Assembly (NCBI GenBank): GCA_039208735.1
Contig: JBCCQY010000106.1
Location: forward strand, 1-31,664
From: Myxococcota bacterium
GTDB taxonomy: Bacteria; Myxococcota_A; UBA796; GCA-2862545
Direction of reading: 5' to 3'
DNA: 31,664 nt
The translations under genes and the position numbers were made by a program. The notes under the pieces were generated by a model. The model ran no database searches. It was not told the DNA's origin and saw only the letters and a list, made by a program, of their open reading frames with translations. This document shows, in pieces, positions 17,685 to 27,142 of this stretch; positions within the stretch are counted from its first letter, which is position 1; the number at the start of each line of letters is the position of its first letter.

Positions 17685-18824
17685 TTACGCCCCCGAACGG
17701 CTTGGGTCGACCAGGTACTTTTGTCCGGTCGATTTGCGATCGTAGGCCCGTGCGATGTCGGGATCGATCATGTCCTCGAGACTGATCGTCTGCGTGTACT
17801 GGCTCGCGAAGATGCCGTTGCGCTCTTCGACTGCGAATCGTCGCATCGCCATGGTGCGTTCCGGTCCTGCGCTGGCCAACCGAGGCGTGAGTAGCCACCC
17901 GCCCACGCCCCAATACATGCCGTAGCTGGCGGTGAGCGTCTGGGGGCTTGGGTCGAGCCGGCCATAGATGTAGACCTGCTTGTGCGCGGTGGTGCCGTAC
18001 ACGCTGTAGGGAGCTCCGCGTTTCGCTTGGGCTTGCTCCATCGCGATGAGGATGTCGTTCGCCATGCGTCCTCCGCCGATCGCGTCAAACGCGAGCGTGG
18101 CGCCGGTGGTCGTGATGGCGCCGATGAGGTCGGACATGAACCCGTCGGTCGAGGAGTCGACAACGTGGGTGAGGCCAAGCTTTGTCAGGGTTTCGCGTTG
18201 GGCCGCAGACCGAACGATGGCGACCAGGGGCACATCTTTGGCCACGCAAAGCCGCGCCAGCATTTGCCCCAGATTCGACGCGGCCGCCGTGTGCACGAGC
18301 GCCGTGTGCCCCTCTTGCTCCATGGTGTCCAGGAAGGCCTGCACGGTCATGGGATTGACGAAAAGCGAAGCGCCTTCATGAGGGGCTGCGCCTTCGGGCA
18401 ACGGCACTACGTTGCGGGCCTTCATCACCCGGTGGCTCCGGTACATGTTGCCGCCTACGATCGTGACGACGCGCCCCATCAGAGCCTGAGCTGCCTCTGA
18501 GGCCCCTGCGGCCACGACGGTGCCCGCCCCTTCGTTGCCGGCCGATAACTTCTGCCCGGTGCGGGCTGCGAAATAGCGTTTGGCCGCGGGTGCGACATCG
18601 GCCACGAGCGCGGGATGCCCATCGACGGTTTCGCGACGCGCCGTCGACAGATCGGCTGGGGCCACCAACAACCCAAGGTCACTGGGGTTGATGGGAACCG
18701 CTTGCATCGCCACCACCACTTCGTCGTCCGCCGGATCGGGAACCTCGAGCGGTTCGACGGACAACACGAGCCGTCCGTCCTCGGTGACCAGGGTGAACAA
18801 TTGTCGTGCAGGTTGATCGGGCAT
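17685..18824 (-). CDS. MDR-family oxidoreductase (enoyl-reductase-like)
   Basis: PINPSDLG, GNEGAGTVV, FVNPMT, VHTAAASNLGQML, AFDAIGGG, QVYIYG.LD. Confidence 0.88.
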   Translation of the reverse strand: MPDQPARQLFTLVTEDGRLVLSVEPLEVPDPADDEVVVAMQAVPINPSDLGLLVAPADLSTARRETVDGHPALVADVAPAAKRYFAARTGQKLSAGNEGAGTVVAAGASEAAQALMGRVVTIVGGNMYRSHRVMKARNVVPLPEGAAPHEGASLFVNPMTVQAFLDTMEQEGHTALVHTAAASNLGQMLARLCVAKDVPLVAIVRSAAQRETLTKLGLTHVVDSSTDGFMSDLIGAITTTGATLAFDAIGGGRMANDILIAMEQAQAKRGAPYSVYGTTAHKQVYIYGRLDPSPQTLTASYGMYWGVGGWLLTPRLASAGPERTMAMRRFAVEERNGIFASQYTQTISLEDMIDPDIARAYDRKSTGQKYLVDPSRSGA

Positions 18825-18872
18825 CGCAGGCCTCCTCGGCTGGTCTTGAGGATGTACCGTGCGACGCGACGG

Positions 18873-19748
18873 TCATTGCGGTTCGCAGCGTCGTTCAGAT
18901 TCGGGTCCGTCCAGTTCCTCCTCGGGGATCCGCGAGCTGACCTGTTCGACATGCACGAACGCAAAGCGATCGATGCGGTGACCTTCCGATCGCTCCTTGA
19001 GGGAAAGCTCGTAGGTGCCTGGGTTCTCGAAGTAGGCGTAGACGATGTAGCCGTGGTTGTCGATGGTACGCCCGTGCCACTCATTGGGGCCGTTTCCGCT
19101 TCGGTACAACTTGAAATAGCCGTTGCGACCCGGATTCTCTTCACCAAAATCCGGTCGATCGAGCGCATTGCCGCCGGGGTAGTAAATCGCTGGCGTGTTG
19201 GCCTTCCCATCGCGAAGGGCTTCGAACGCTGCGGTTGAATCGAGACGGCCGTCCGATGCGAAATAGTGGACGTCGTCGGCGTTCTCGAGTCTGAACCAGG
19301 AGTCGTTCCGGTCGGTGCTGCTATTGCCCGTAAACACCGACTTCATGTGGAAGCGGTACAAGCCTGGGGTCGCGATGGCGAGCTCAAACAGGCGTTCGTC
19401 GCCGTTGGTGTTGCCCAGGTGGTCGTTCTGGGCTTCGAGGTAGGTCACGCCATCGGCGTCCACATCGTGCCACCCATTGCCGATCGCGGTGGAGTTCTCC
19501 GCTTCAATGAGCAGGAGGCCGTCGACCTCTTCGAATGCACCGAGGGCTTCGCCAGGGGGGCACGGGCCTTTGGGCGCACCGGTGTCGTCGTTGGCGGTGT
19601 CTGTGGTGACTCCAGGGGGCGTGGTTCGGTCCTCGGTGTCGTCCGGCGTCACCTCGTCGGCCTGCGTATCCCCGGTTGAAGCAGGTGAAACCCTGGCTTC
19701 ACAACTCACTACGAGTGGCCATGCAATCAGCCAACGAAATGGTCCCAT
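18873..19748 (-). CDS. Hypothetical lipoprotein, possible carbohydrate-binding beta-sandwich
   Basis: Lipobox VVS-C, Thr/Asp linker, FEEVDGLLLIEAE...PGLYRF...NDSWF...GTYELSLKERSEGHRIDRF. Confidence 0.65.
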   Translation of the reverse strand: MGPFRWLIAWPLVVSCEARVSPASTGDTQADEVTPDDTEDRTTPPGVTTDTANDDTGAPKGPCPPGEALGAFEEVDGLLLIEAENSTAIGNGWHDVDADGVTYLEAQNDHLGNTNGDERLFELAIATPGLYRFHMKSVFTGNSSTDRNDSWFRLENADDVHYFASDGRLDSTAAFEALRDGKANTPAIYYPGGNALDRPDFGEENPGRNGYFKLYRSGNGPNEWHGRTIDNHGYIVYAYFENPGTYELSLKERSEGHRIDRFAFVHVEQVSSRIPEEELDGPESERRCEPQ

Positions 19749-19836
19749 CGTTCCCCCATGTGTTGCCGGTGCCCTTTACCCCAACAGGTCATGGCGTGGG
19801 GGCGGAGAACCGGAGAGGGGACGGTCAGGAGGCACG

Positions 19837-20262
19837 ATGACGGTTCGCCATTACGTACGCTGGCTGCAGTTTGCGGCAGTCCTCACCATCGCGACGGGTC
19901 TCGTGGCCGCTTTGGCGAGCCATCCGGCGACTGCGGAACCCTGGCGGTGGCTCTTCGATGTGCTCACCTGGCCCGTCGACGGGTCGCCGGCGGGGTTCGA
20001 TCGGCTGAGCTACCAGGTCAATGCGGTGCTCGGCGGCGTCATGGTGGGGTGGGGATGCACGATCCTGTTGTTCACCCTCGACCGACAGGCCGATCCCCAC
20101 GCCATCGCGCGGCCCATCCTCGGGGGCCTGGTGGCGTGGTTTGTCATCGACAGCAGTGGCTCGCTCGTGGCGGAAATTCCTGGCAACGTTGTGTTGAACC
20201 TTGGATTTCTCGTGCTGTTTGTCGTTCCGTTGGTGGGGATCTTAAGGTCCCCATCCGGGTGA
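19837..20262 (+). CDS. Hypothetical 4-TM membrane protein
   Basis: AGGAGG RBS before ATG 19837; four hydrophobic segments; WFVIDS.GS...GNV..N motif. Confidence 0.7.
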   Translation: MTVRHYVRWLQFAAVLTIATGLVAALASHPATAEPWRWLFDVLTWPVDGSPAGFDRLSYQVNAVLGGVMVGWGCTILLFTLDRQADPHAIARPILGGLVAWFVIDSSGSLVAEIPGNVVLNLGFLVLFVVPLVGILRSPSG

Positions 20263-20269
20263 GTTTCCG

Positions 20270-21730
20270 TCAGGCCACTTCGGGTTCCGACGCCGACTCG
20301 GACTCCGTCGCCATGCGTCGGGTGACCCACATGATGCCGATGAGGGCGCCGACCACGAGCATGGTGCCGGTGAGGAGGCTGTAGTCCTCGGAGCGCAGCA
20401 TCGCGTACAGCGCCAGGTACAGCAGCGAGAGGCTGCCAAAGACGGTCGCGCTGGCTCCAATCGCGCGTGTCGCGACGAACGTGTAGCCGCTGATCAGGCT
20501 GACCGTTACCGCGGCGGCGCCCGAATACGCCAGGTGGAATCCGCTGTGTTCGGAGGCCGCCAGCAAAATGAGGTAGAAGACCACGAGCGCGAGGCCGTTC
20601 ACCAGCCACTGCACCGGGTGCAACTCGAGTTTCATCCCTCGCTCGAGGACCAGGAACGTCAGCAGGCACAATCCAATGACGAGCATGCCGTAAGTGATGG
20701 CGCGCTCGGCGGATGCGTAGGGGCTGGCCGGTTCGACTAAGGTGACGCCGACGTGGTGGGTACGGAGGGGCTGCAGGGCCGTACCTTCGAGTTCGATGAC
20801 TTGGGGGGTCGGTCGGGCGACCCCAGGGATGGACCATTGGCCGACGAAGCGGTCCTCGGCCACGTCTCGGTCCGCGGGCAGTGTGAATCCGCCGAAGCTT
20901 GGCGAGGGCCACGCCCCTGCCATTTCGATGTTCGAGGTTTCGCCTAGGGCCGTCGCGTAGATCGAGCCCATGCCGCGCAGCTTGAGCCTGACCGTAGCCG
21001 AGGCTTCGTCCTCGTCGAAGGCTTCGATGCGCCCGGAGATGCCGAAGTATTCGCCTTGTTCGGCCAACGAGCCTGAGTTTGGCCGTAGGTGTTCGCCGTT
21101 CCAGACCAGCTCGTCGACGCCCGACACTGCCGAGAGGTCGGAGAGGCCGATGAACAGTTTGGCTTCGTCCCACTGCGGGTGTCGCGTGCGTCCTGCGGGG
21201 GCGGGAAACTCAGGTCGTCTGAAGGTCGTTTGGAGCGTCACCGTGGCGTCGTAGACCAGCACGTCGTATAGACCGCGGCTTAGTGAACGCGGGTCGATCT
21301 GCGTCTTTAGGTCCAGGTGTTCGGGGAGTACGGCGAAGATGTGGCGGACTTCCCGGGGGGACTCTGTGACCACTGTTTTGCCTGCGTCGTCCGTTTTCTG
21401 AACGCGTTCGGTCCAGCGTTCCATCACCGGGACCCACAGCACCGGTCCTGTCACCGTTTGGGCCCGTCCCCATTGCTCTCCGATTTCGGACTGCACTTCC
21501 GCCAGGCGGTAGCCTCGTTCGCGGCGCAGCTCATCGACCATTTCCAGCGGGACCAGCAGCACCATACCTGTCAGCATCACCAGCGAGAGTCGGCCCAGTA
21601 CGCTTCGGGTGAGCGTGCGCCAGCCTTGGCTGAGTCGAGCTTTGGTCTCTGGTGAGGCCATCGCCATGACCGCACCTGCGACCGCTGCCACAATCCAAGC
21701 TCCGACCACCAGAACGATCAGAAGTCCCAT
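20270..21730 (-). CDS. creD: Cell envelope integrity inner-membrane protein CreD
   Basis: WGRAQTVTGPVL.VP, RGLYDVLVY, WPSPSFGGFTLP, ERAITYG, LHPVQW...GLAL..FY..LLA.SEH.GF, LRSEDYSLL.G, MWVTR. Confidence 0.92.
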   Translation of the reverse strand: MGLLIVLVVGAWIVAAVAGAVMAMASPETKARLSQGWRTLTRSVLGRLSLVMLTGMVLLVPLEMVDELRRERGYRLAEVQSEIGEQWGRAQTVTGPVLWVPVMERWTERVQKTDDAGKTVVTESPREVRHIFAVLPEHLDLKTQIDPRSLSRGLYDVLVYDATVTLQTTFRRPEFPAPAGRTRHPQWDEAKLFIGLSDLSAVSGVDELVWNGEHLRPNSGSLAEQGEYFGISGRIEAFDEDEASATVRLKLRGMGSIYATALGETSNIEMAGAWPSPSFGGFTLPADRDVAEDRFVGQWSIPGVARPTPQVIELEGTALQPLRTHHVGVTLVEPASPYASAERAITYGMLVIGLCLLTFLVLERGMKLELHPVQWLVNGLALVVFYLILLAASEHSGFHLAYSGAAAVTVSLISGYTFVATRAIGASATVFGSLSLLYLALYAMLRSEDYSLLTGTMLVVGALIGIMWVTRRMATESESASEPEVA

Positions 21731-21786
21731 TCAACCTCCACGCGTCACTGGTAAGCGACGCATCGAGCGGCAACTGCGGCGGCGCC

Positions 21787-21802
21787 GTGCAGATTCTGTG
21801 CA
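21787..21802 (-). promoter_or_regulatory. cre-tag-like direct repeat TGCAC-N6-TGCAC upstream of creD
   Basis: Minus strand TGCAC agaatc TGCAC, about 57 nt before the creD ATG; the E. coli CreB site is TTCAC-N6-TTCAC. Confidence 0.5.
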
Positions 21803-21913
21803 GTCACCCATCCGCGTCACCTGTCACCGATCCACGACATCACCAGCCGAGCATGCTCGGCCTAAGGCTTACGGCATGGGGTGTGCATAGGAGGTGAGCC
21901 TTGGAGGCCCTAT

Positions 21914-22405
21914 ATGATCCGTGTCTTGCCCATCGCGCTTCTTTCGGTTGGGTGCTTCGACGACTGTTTTTCCCTCAATAGTGACGACAAGCTTGTGTTG
22001 TTCGTCCAAAGCCAGCCCGATCCTGTGAACGTGCAGGAGGGGGTCAGCGAGTTTCAGGTCGTGGGGCAGTTGCCCGAGATCGACGAAGCGGAGCCGCGCT
22101 ACGTCACCCGCATCGTGTACGAAGGGGCCGCGGTCTTCGAGCACGTGGATTGTGATTCGGGCGACGTGATCGCATCGAACGGAGGGGGGGATGTGGAGGG
22201 GTCCTTCCTCGTCGAGGACCTCGTGGAATGCGGGGGGCTCGCTTGTGACGTGGAGCTGTGTGTGAACGTCGACAATCGGACGGGGAGGGCAAAAGACATC
22301 TTCCTCGCCGGGGTGACGGAAGTGAGCACGCCACGCGAGTGTGGTGAGGAGGACGTCACGAGGCTGCCGCCATCGTTTCTGTACGAACTTGAGCTACGCC
22401 GGTAA
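21914..22405 (+). CDS. Hypothetical lipoprotein
   Basis: GGAGG RBS, ATG 21914, MIRVLPIALLSVG-C lipobox; several Cys. Confidence 0.65.
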   Translation: MIRVLPIALLSVGCFDDCFSLNSDDKLVLFVQSQPDPVNVQEGVSEFQVVGQLPEIDEAEPRYVTRIVYEGAAVFEHVDCDSGDVIASNGGGDVEGSFLVEDLVECGGLACDVELCVNVDNRTGRAKDIFLAGVTEVSTPRECGEEDVTRLPPSFLYELELRR

Positions 22406-22409
22406 GCGC

Positions 22410-22727
22410 TTAAGGCAGGACTTCATACTTGAACAGGGGCGTTGCCTCCGACACGCTCGGATTGAAGAACTGGTTTCGCACCGCCTGATACGCGGGGTTC
22501 GAGAAGAACGCGGTCATCGCTTCTTCATCGGGAAATCGAAGCGTAAAGAGGCGGTTGAACTTGGCATTGCCGGGGGCGAGCAACACTTCCGAGACCCGCA
22601 CGTCCGTCGTGAATTCGCCTCCGTGCTGCTTGAGGATCGGCAGCATGCCCTCCCGATACGCCTGATAGCCAGCTTCATCGGTCACGTTCACGCCCACGAG
22701 TCGTTCGATGGCCATGGTCTGCTCCAT
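22410..22727 (-). CDS. DUF1330 family protein
   Basis: VTDEAGYQAY...ILKQHGGEF...LRFPDEEAMTAFFSNPAYQAVR; the start may be one of the internal ATGs. Confidence 0.82.
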   Translation of the reverse strand: MEQTMAIERLVGVNVTDEAGYQAYREGMLPILKQHGGEFTTDVRVSEVLLAPGNAKFNRLFTLRFPDEEAMTAFFSNPAYQAVRNQFFNPSVSEATPLFKYEVLP

Positions 22728-22946
22728 TGGGTGTGTTGGCCCATACCATCGCGTGTACGTACCAGTCGTTACAGAGTCGATCCGCGCTTCGAACGGACCG
22801 CATGAACCACTTTGTGATGATTCAAGTAAGCCTTTCGTTGCAGCGACAAAATGCCATGCTCATCGGGGAGCATCGAATCGTGAAGCCGGTGTCCGTTCTT
22901 CCGACATGCGGCGAGGCCACGTTTCTCGTCGCTCGATGGAGGATCG

Positions 22947-24410
22947 ATGAGAACAACCCTCGCATGGGTGAGCCTGCCCGTCGTGGCGGTCGCCCTGCTG
23001 GCGCGTTCGGGCGTCGCGCAGCCCCCGGGCCCGGCCCGGTTCTGTGAGCATTACCCGGAGGCTCCGGTGTGTTCGGCGGGTGAGGCATCCTGCGCCACCT
23101 GCCACGTTGCGCCCCCCCAGCTCAATGCCTACGGCAGCGACATCGCGGTGGCCTTGGTTCCCAACGAATCGCGGCCGTTGCACGCCGATGTGTTTTCGTC
23201 GAACCTGGTGGATGCCTTGGTCGCCGTCGAACCCTTGGACTCGGACGGGGACGGCTCGTCGAACCTCGACGAAATCCAATTCGGCTCCGATCCTGCGGAT
23301 GCCGAAAGCACGCCGGCGGTCCGTGATTGTACGGATGCAGATCCGAAGGATGCGTGGGATCTATGTGGCTATGACGTCGACTTCGCCTTTAAGCGTGTGA
23401 TGGTCGATTTCTGCGGTCGTTCGCCGACGTTTGAAGAGCGTGAGGCATTCCTCGACGACAAGGATCCCGTCACCGCACTGCACGACCAGCTCGACCGCTG
23501 CTTCGAGACCGAAGCGTGGCGGGGCATTGGTGGGCGGGTTTGGAACCTGGCCAACCGCAAGATCGCCCCCACCCAGGCGGTAAAGTCCGGGCGGGACTCT
23601 GGGCCGATTCCGCTTGGCGATTACGATGACGATTACGCTTACTTCGTATGGACCCAGACGGAAGATCGGGATGCGCGCTTGGTGCTGACTGGGCAGTCGT
23701 TTGTGGAAGCCAAGCGAATGGGTGGCCGGACCGAGTACCAGGTTTGGGACCGCGACGCCGAAGAAGACTACGAGGCCCGAGGCTACGATCGGGCGCAGTT
23801 CGTGCCTCGCGATCGACGGGCCGGCATGTTGACCCACCGGTGGTTCCTCGTCGTCAATACGATGTTTACCGCCGTTCCTCGAACGACCGCAGCTCAGGCC
23901 TACCGGGCCTACCTTGGCTACGACCTTGCGAGGCTGGAAGGGCTTTTCCCAGTGCCGGGAGAGCCCGTGGACTACGACGTAAAGGGCGTGACGGAACCTG
24001 GGTGCGCGGCGTGCCACTCGACCCTCGATCCGCTGTCGTATCCGTTCAGTCGCTACGAAGGCATCGGTGGAGGAGACCCCAACAGCCTGTCCTACACCTA
24101 CGACGCAGATCGCATGCCGTTCTACGTCGATACCGACGGCCCGCTCGTGGCCGATACCCCTGAAGCCGGGGTGCTCTTCGGGGAGCCGGTCGCTGACCTT
24201 GTGGAGTGGGCGACGGTCGCCGCCAATAGTGAAGCCTTCCGGCGTGCGACGGTGCTCGATTACTGGCGGATGCTTTTGAGGGAAGACCCCCGGGCATCCG
24301 AGCAGGATGCCTTTGGCAAGCTCGTGCAGGCTTTCGGGACCGAGCACGACTACCGCGTGCAGTCGATGCTGCACGATCTCATCGACACGGAGGCCTACGG
24401 TGCGCCTTGA
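22947..24410 (+). CDS. Exported protein with two c-type heme motifs (CATCH, CAACH), a DSDGDG Ca-binding loop and a DUF1588-like region
   Basis: GGAGG RBS; Sec signal; SCATCH...LNAYG...DSDGDGSSNLDEI; RAGMLT; CAACHSTLDPLSYPF. Confidence 0.75.
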   Translation: MRTTLAWVSLPVVAVALLARSGVAQPPGPARFCEHYPEAPVCSAGEASCATCHVAPPQLNAYGSDIAVALVPNESRPLHADVFSSNLVDALVAVEPLDSDGDGSSNLDEIQFGSDPADAESTPAVRDCTDADPKDAWDLCGYDVDFAFKRVMVDFCGRSPTFEEREAFLDDKDPVTALHDQLDRCFETEAWRGIGGRVWNLANRKIAPTQAVKSGRDSGPIPLGDYDDDYAYFVWTQTEDRDARLVLTGQSFVEAKRMGGRTEYQVWDRDAEEDYEARGYDRAQFVPRDRRAGMLTHRWFLVVNTMFTAVPRTTAAQAYRAYLGYDLARLEGLFPVPGEPVDYDVKGVTEPGCAACHSTLDPLSYPFSRYEGIGGGDPNSLSYTYDADRMPFYVDTDGPLVADTPEAGVLFGEPVADLVEWATVAANSEAFRRATVLDYWRMLLREDPRASEQDAFGKLVQAFGTEHDYRVQSMLHDLIDTEAYGAP

Positions 24411-24993
24411 TGCTATGCGATTGCTTTTGGTCGGGGGCGCCACCTTGTGGTTGGTCGCGTGTGGTCGCACGCCCGAAGAGGCGAGAACCACCAGCGCGGC
24501 GGGTCGTATTCTGCCCAAGTCGGGGGAGGTATGGTCACGCGACCTCGCCGATGGCCTCGACTTGCATACCTGGGAACTGTGTCGGGAACTTGGTGAGGTG
24601 GATTGTGTCACCGAGGCCCACCTCATCACCCTTGGCGGCGTTGAACCGACGCGGCTCGGCATCGACGAACCGCTCGCCGAGCCCTCGATCAGCGCGCCGA
24701 TTGCGTTCGATCGCGTGGCCATGGCCGCCTGTGCCGAGCGCTACACGCGCGACGTGGCCGGACCTGCAGTGGTGTTTGGCTCGGTGATCGACAAAGACGG
24801 AACGCGGGCCCGGCGGGAGGTGACGACGCGCCTTGTGCAACGCCTGCTCGGACGCAATCCGACGCGCGACGAGACCGATGCCCTGCTCGCCCTAGGGCCC
24901 GAACTCGAAGCCATCTCCTCGGACCCGGTGCGAGATTGGTCCATTGGCGCATGCGTCATCGTGGCCACCTCCCTCGAAGCCCTCTTTTACTGA
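24400..24993 (+). CDS. Hypothetical lipoprotein (DUF1595-like helical C-terminus)
   Basis: Start GTG 24400 (GGAGG upstream) or ATG 24415; lipobox LVA-C; LC.ELG..DC...H...LGG; RLLGRNPT..E; C......E..FY. Confidence 0.7.
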   Translation: MRLDAMRLLLVGGATLWLVACGRTPEEARTTSAAGRILPKSGEVWSRDLADGLDLHTWELCRELGEVDCVTEAHLITLGGVEPTRLGIDEPLAEPSISAPIAFDRVAMAACAERYTRDVAGPAVVFGSVIDKDGTRARREVTTRLVQRLLGRNPTRDETDALLALGPELEAISSDPVRDWSIGACVIVATSLEALFY

Positions 24994-25003
24994 AGGAGCC
25001 GAC

Positions 25004-26521
25004 ATGTCTTCTCATCGAATCGCAGGCGTTCCTTCAAGGCGCTCGTTTCTGCGGGGATTGGCTGCATTTTCCGGAACGTTGGCCGGCTCGTCTGCATTGC
25101 TGAATGCAACCGCGTTGGGGCAGCAGGCGGCCGACCCCCGGTTCCTCATTGTGCTCACGGCCAGTGGCGGGGGCTCGATCATCGACGGACCGCTCGCCAT
25201 CCGGGCGAGTGAATCGACCGCTCCGGACGAACTCAACACCTTCCCCGATTCGCTGGTCGTGGGCTGGGAGGACTCCCCGTTCCGGGCCGTGGACTTTTCC
25301 GGCCCGGCGATCGGGCAGATTCCCGCTGCCTTCCGCGTGGCTCCTTCTGAGGTGGTGGCCCGTCATCGGGAAGCGATGATGGTGGCTACGTGGACCCGCA
25401 GCAGCGTCAACCATCAGGTCGGGCAGCGACGCGCCGTGACCGGCAACGAAGCGTGGCGAGGCCGCACCATGCAGGAGATGGTGGCTTGGCAGTACGGGTC
25501 GGAGGCCCCGATTCCCAACGTCCACCTGACGGCCGGCTTTGGCTACAATGAGCCCGGTACGGACGGCACGATTCCTCCATGGGCCCGCGGTCAGATCGTC
25601 GCGAATCCCGCCGTGTGGCCGTTGTCGCTCGATGGCAGTCGTGGTCAGCCTGGCGTATCCCCCGAGGTGTTGGCCGCGGTTCGTCGTCACCGCAATGACG
25701 TGTTCGAGCCTGCTACCCGGTTTGATCAGGTGTTTGGGGCGTCGCCACGCGCGGTGACCTGGAAGGACCTCCGAGGTACGCCTCAACAACGCATCGAAGG
25801 CCTCGACCTGATCACCAAGCTCATGGTCAACGCCTCGGGAGGCTCGCTTGAGCCGTTCGGTCTGGAGCGTTCGCCAGCCGCCGACCTCGTGTTGTCGGCC
25901 TTCCCGAACGTAGCCGCGGATCCCATCGAGGCCAAGGCGGCACTTGCGTTTCTGCTACTGAAGTATCGCGTCAGCGTGTCGGTCACGCTCGGGCCCGATT
26001 TTGGGTTCGTCTACGGTGAGGGCGAGGGCGATGCGGGGACCGATCTGCCCCTGAATAGCGTGCTCAACCCGCCGCTGGCCTTTGATGTGAGCCACCAGGG
26101 CCATCGCTCGGGGCAAGCCGTCATGTGGTCGCGTCTGTATCGGATCCTCGATGGGCTGATCGGCCTGCTCCGCGCCGAGGACTACGGCGATGGCACGAGC
26201 CTGTGGGATCGCACCATGATCTACGTCGCGAGCGACTTTGGCCGGACGAAGAACCGACCCACGGGAGCGGAGGATTGGGGGAGTGGCCACGACCTGAACA
26301 ATGGCATCCTCGTGGCTTCGCCGCTGGTGCCTGGCAACACCTTGCGGGGCGGTGTCGATCCGAACACCGCACTGACCTATGGGTTCGATCCGCAAACCGG
26401 CGCCCCGAGCCCCGGTCGTCAGATGTCGGAAGCCGAGATCTTCTCTGGGCTCCTCGGAGCCCTTGCCATCGACACGAGCGGGAGCGGCTTGCCCGATGTC
26501 CCCGCGATGCGGAGGTCGTGA
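25004..26521 (+). CDS. Tat-exported DUF1501-like protein
   Basis: AAGGAG RBS, ATG 25004; SRRSFL twin-arginine motif; FLIVL..SGG; FDVSH; LWDRTMIYVASDFGRT; GSGH; GGVD. Confidence 0.8.
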   Translation: MSSHRIAGVPSRRSFLRGLAAFSGTLAGSSALLNATALGQQAADPRFLIVLTASGGGSIIDGPLAIRASESTAPDELNTFPDSLVVGWEDSPFRAVDFSGPAIGQIPAAFRVAPSEVVARHREAMMVATWTRSSVNHQVGQRRAVTGNEAWRGRTMQEMVAWQYGSEAPIPNVHLTAGFGYNEPGTDGTIPPWARGQIVANPAVWPLSLDGSRGQPGVSPEVLAAVRRHRNDVFEPATRFDQVFGASPRAVTWKDLRGTPQQRIEGLDLITKLMVNASGGSLEPFGLERSPAADLVLSAFPNVAADPIEAKAALAFLLLKYRVSVSVTLGPDFGFVYGEGEGDAGTDLPLNSVLNPPLAFDVSHQGHRSGQAVMWSRLYRILDGLIGLLRAEDYGDGTSLWDRTMIYVASDFGRTKNRPTGAEDWGSGHDLNNGILVASPLVPGNTLRGGVDPNTALTYGFDPQTGAPSPGRQMSEAEIFSGLLGALAIDTSGSGLPDVPAMRRS

Positions 26522-26522
26522 C

Positions 26523-27059
26523 ATGCTTCGTGGCATCTGGTTGCTTGGACAGTTGGCCTGTGCCCCCGATCGCGACGGAGACGGGGTTGTGCGGAGCGAA
26601 GACTGCAACGATGACGATCCATCGATCTACCCCGGAGCCCGGGAGACCGAGGGAGACGGCATTGACTCGAATTGCGATGGGGAGGACCCCGGATTTGCCT
26701 TCGTCGGCGATTGGGCCCTGACCGACGTAAGCGTCTCGATCGCGGGCTACCTCATCGAAGGCCTCGACATCGCAGGCCAATTCACGGTGGCGACCGACCT
26801 GACCGCGACCACCGATCTGGCGGTCACCGCGAAGGGCCTTGCCCTTCCGCTGGACTTGGTTGGTGCGGCAAGCCCCATCCCAGGGGAGGGACTGTTTTGG
26901 CTCGACATGGAAGGGACGCTTGGCGAAGGCTCCCTCATGAGCCGGTCCGTGGCGCTGTGGGACTGTGAGTGGAGCGACGGCGCGATCGAGTGCGTGGGCA
27001 CGTTGCTGGTGTTTGGCGACAACTACAACGTCTGGGCGGTCTTCGAAGCGGTGCCCTGA
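26523..27059 (+). CDS. Lipoprotein with a myxobacterial putative metal-binding (MopE-like) motif
   Basis: LA-C lipobox; DRDGDG....DCNDDDPSIYPGARE..GDGIDSNCDG; beta-rich C-terminus. Confidence 0.8.
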   Translation: MLRGIWLLGQLACAPDRDGDGVVRSEDCNDDDPSIYPGARETEGDGIDSNCDGEDPGFAFVGDWALTDVSVSIAGYLIEGLDIAGQFTVATDLTATTDLAVTAKGLALPLDLVGAASPIPGEGLFWLDMEGTLGEGSLMSRSVALWDCEWSDGAIECVGTLLVFGDNYNVWAVFEAVP

Positions 27060-27142
27060 CCTTCGCTGAAGATCGCTGACCCAACTCCTGCGGTCCGCCA
27101 TTCCTCCCCCTCGTACCTTGATGCATACGCGGAGGGAGCGAC

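Noticed and set aside
22727..23047. 106-aa ORF and a TGTGA half-site in the region upstream of the heme cluster
   Set aside because: No RBS or motifs, overlaps the 22947 gene, and has no matching second CRP/FNR half-site; more likely just promoter DNA.
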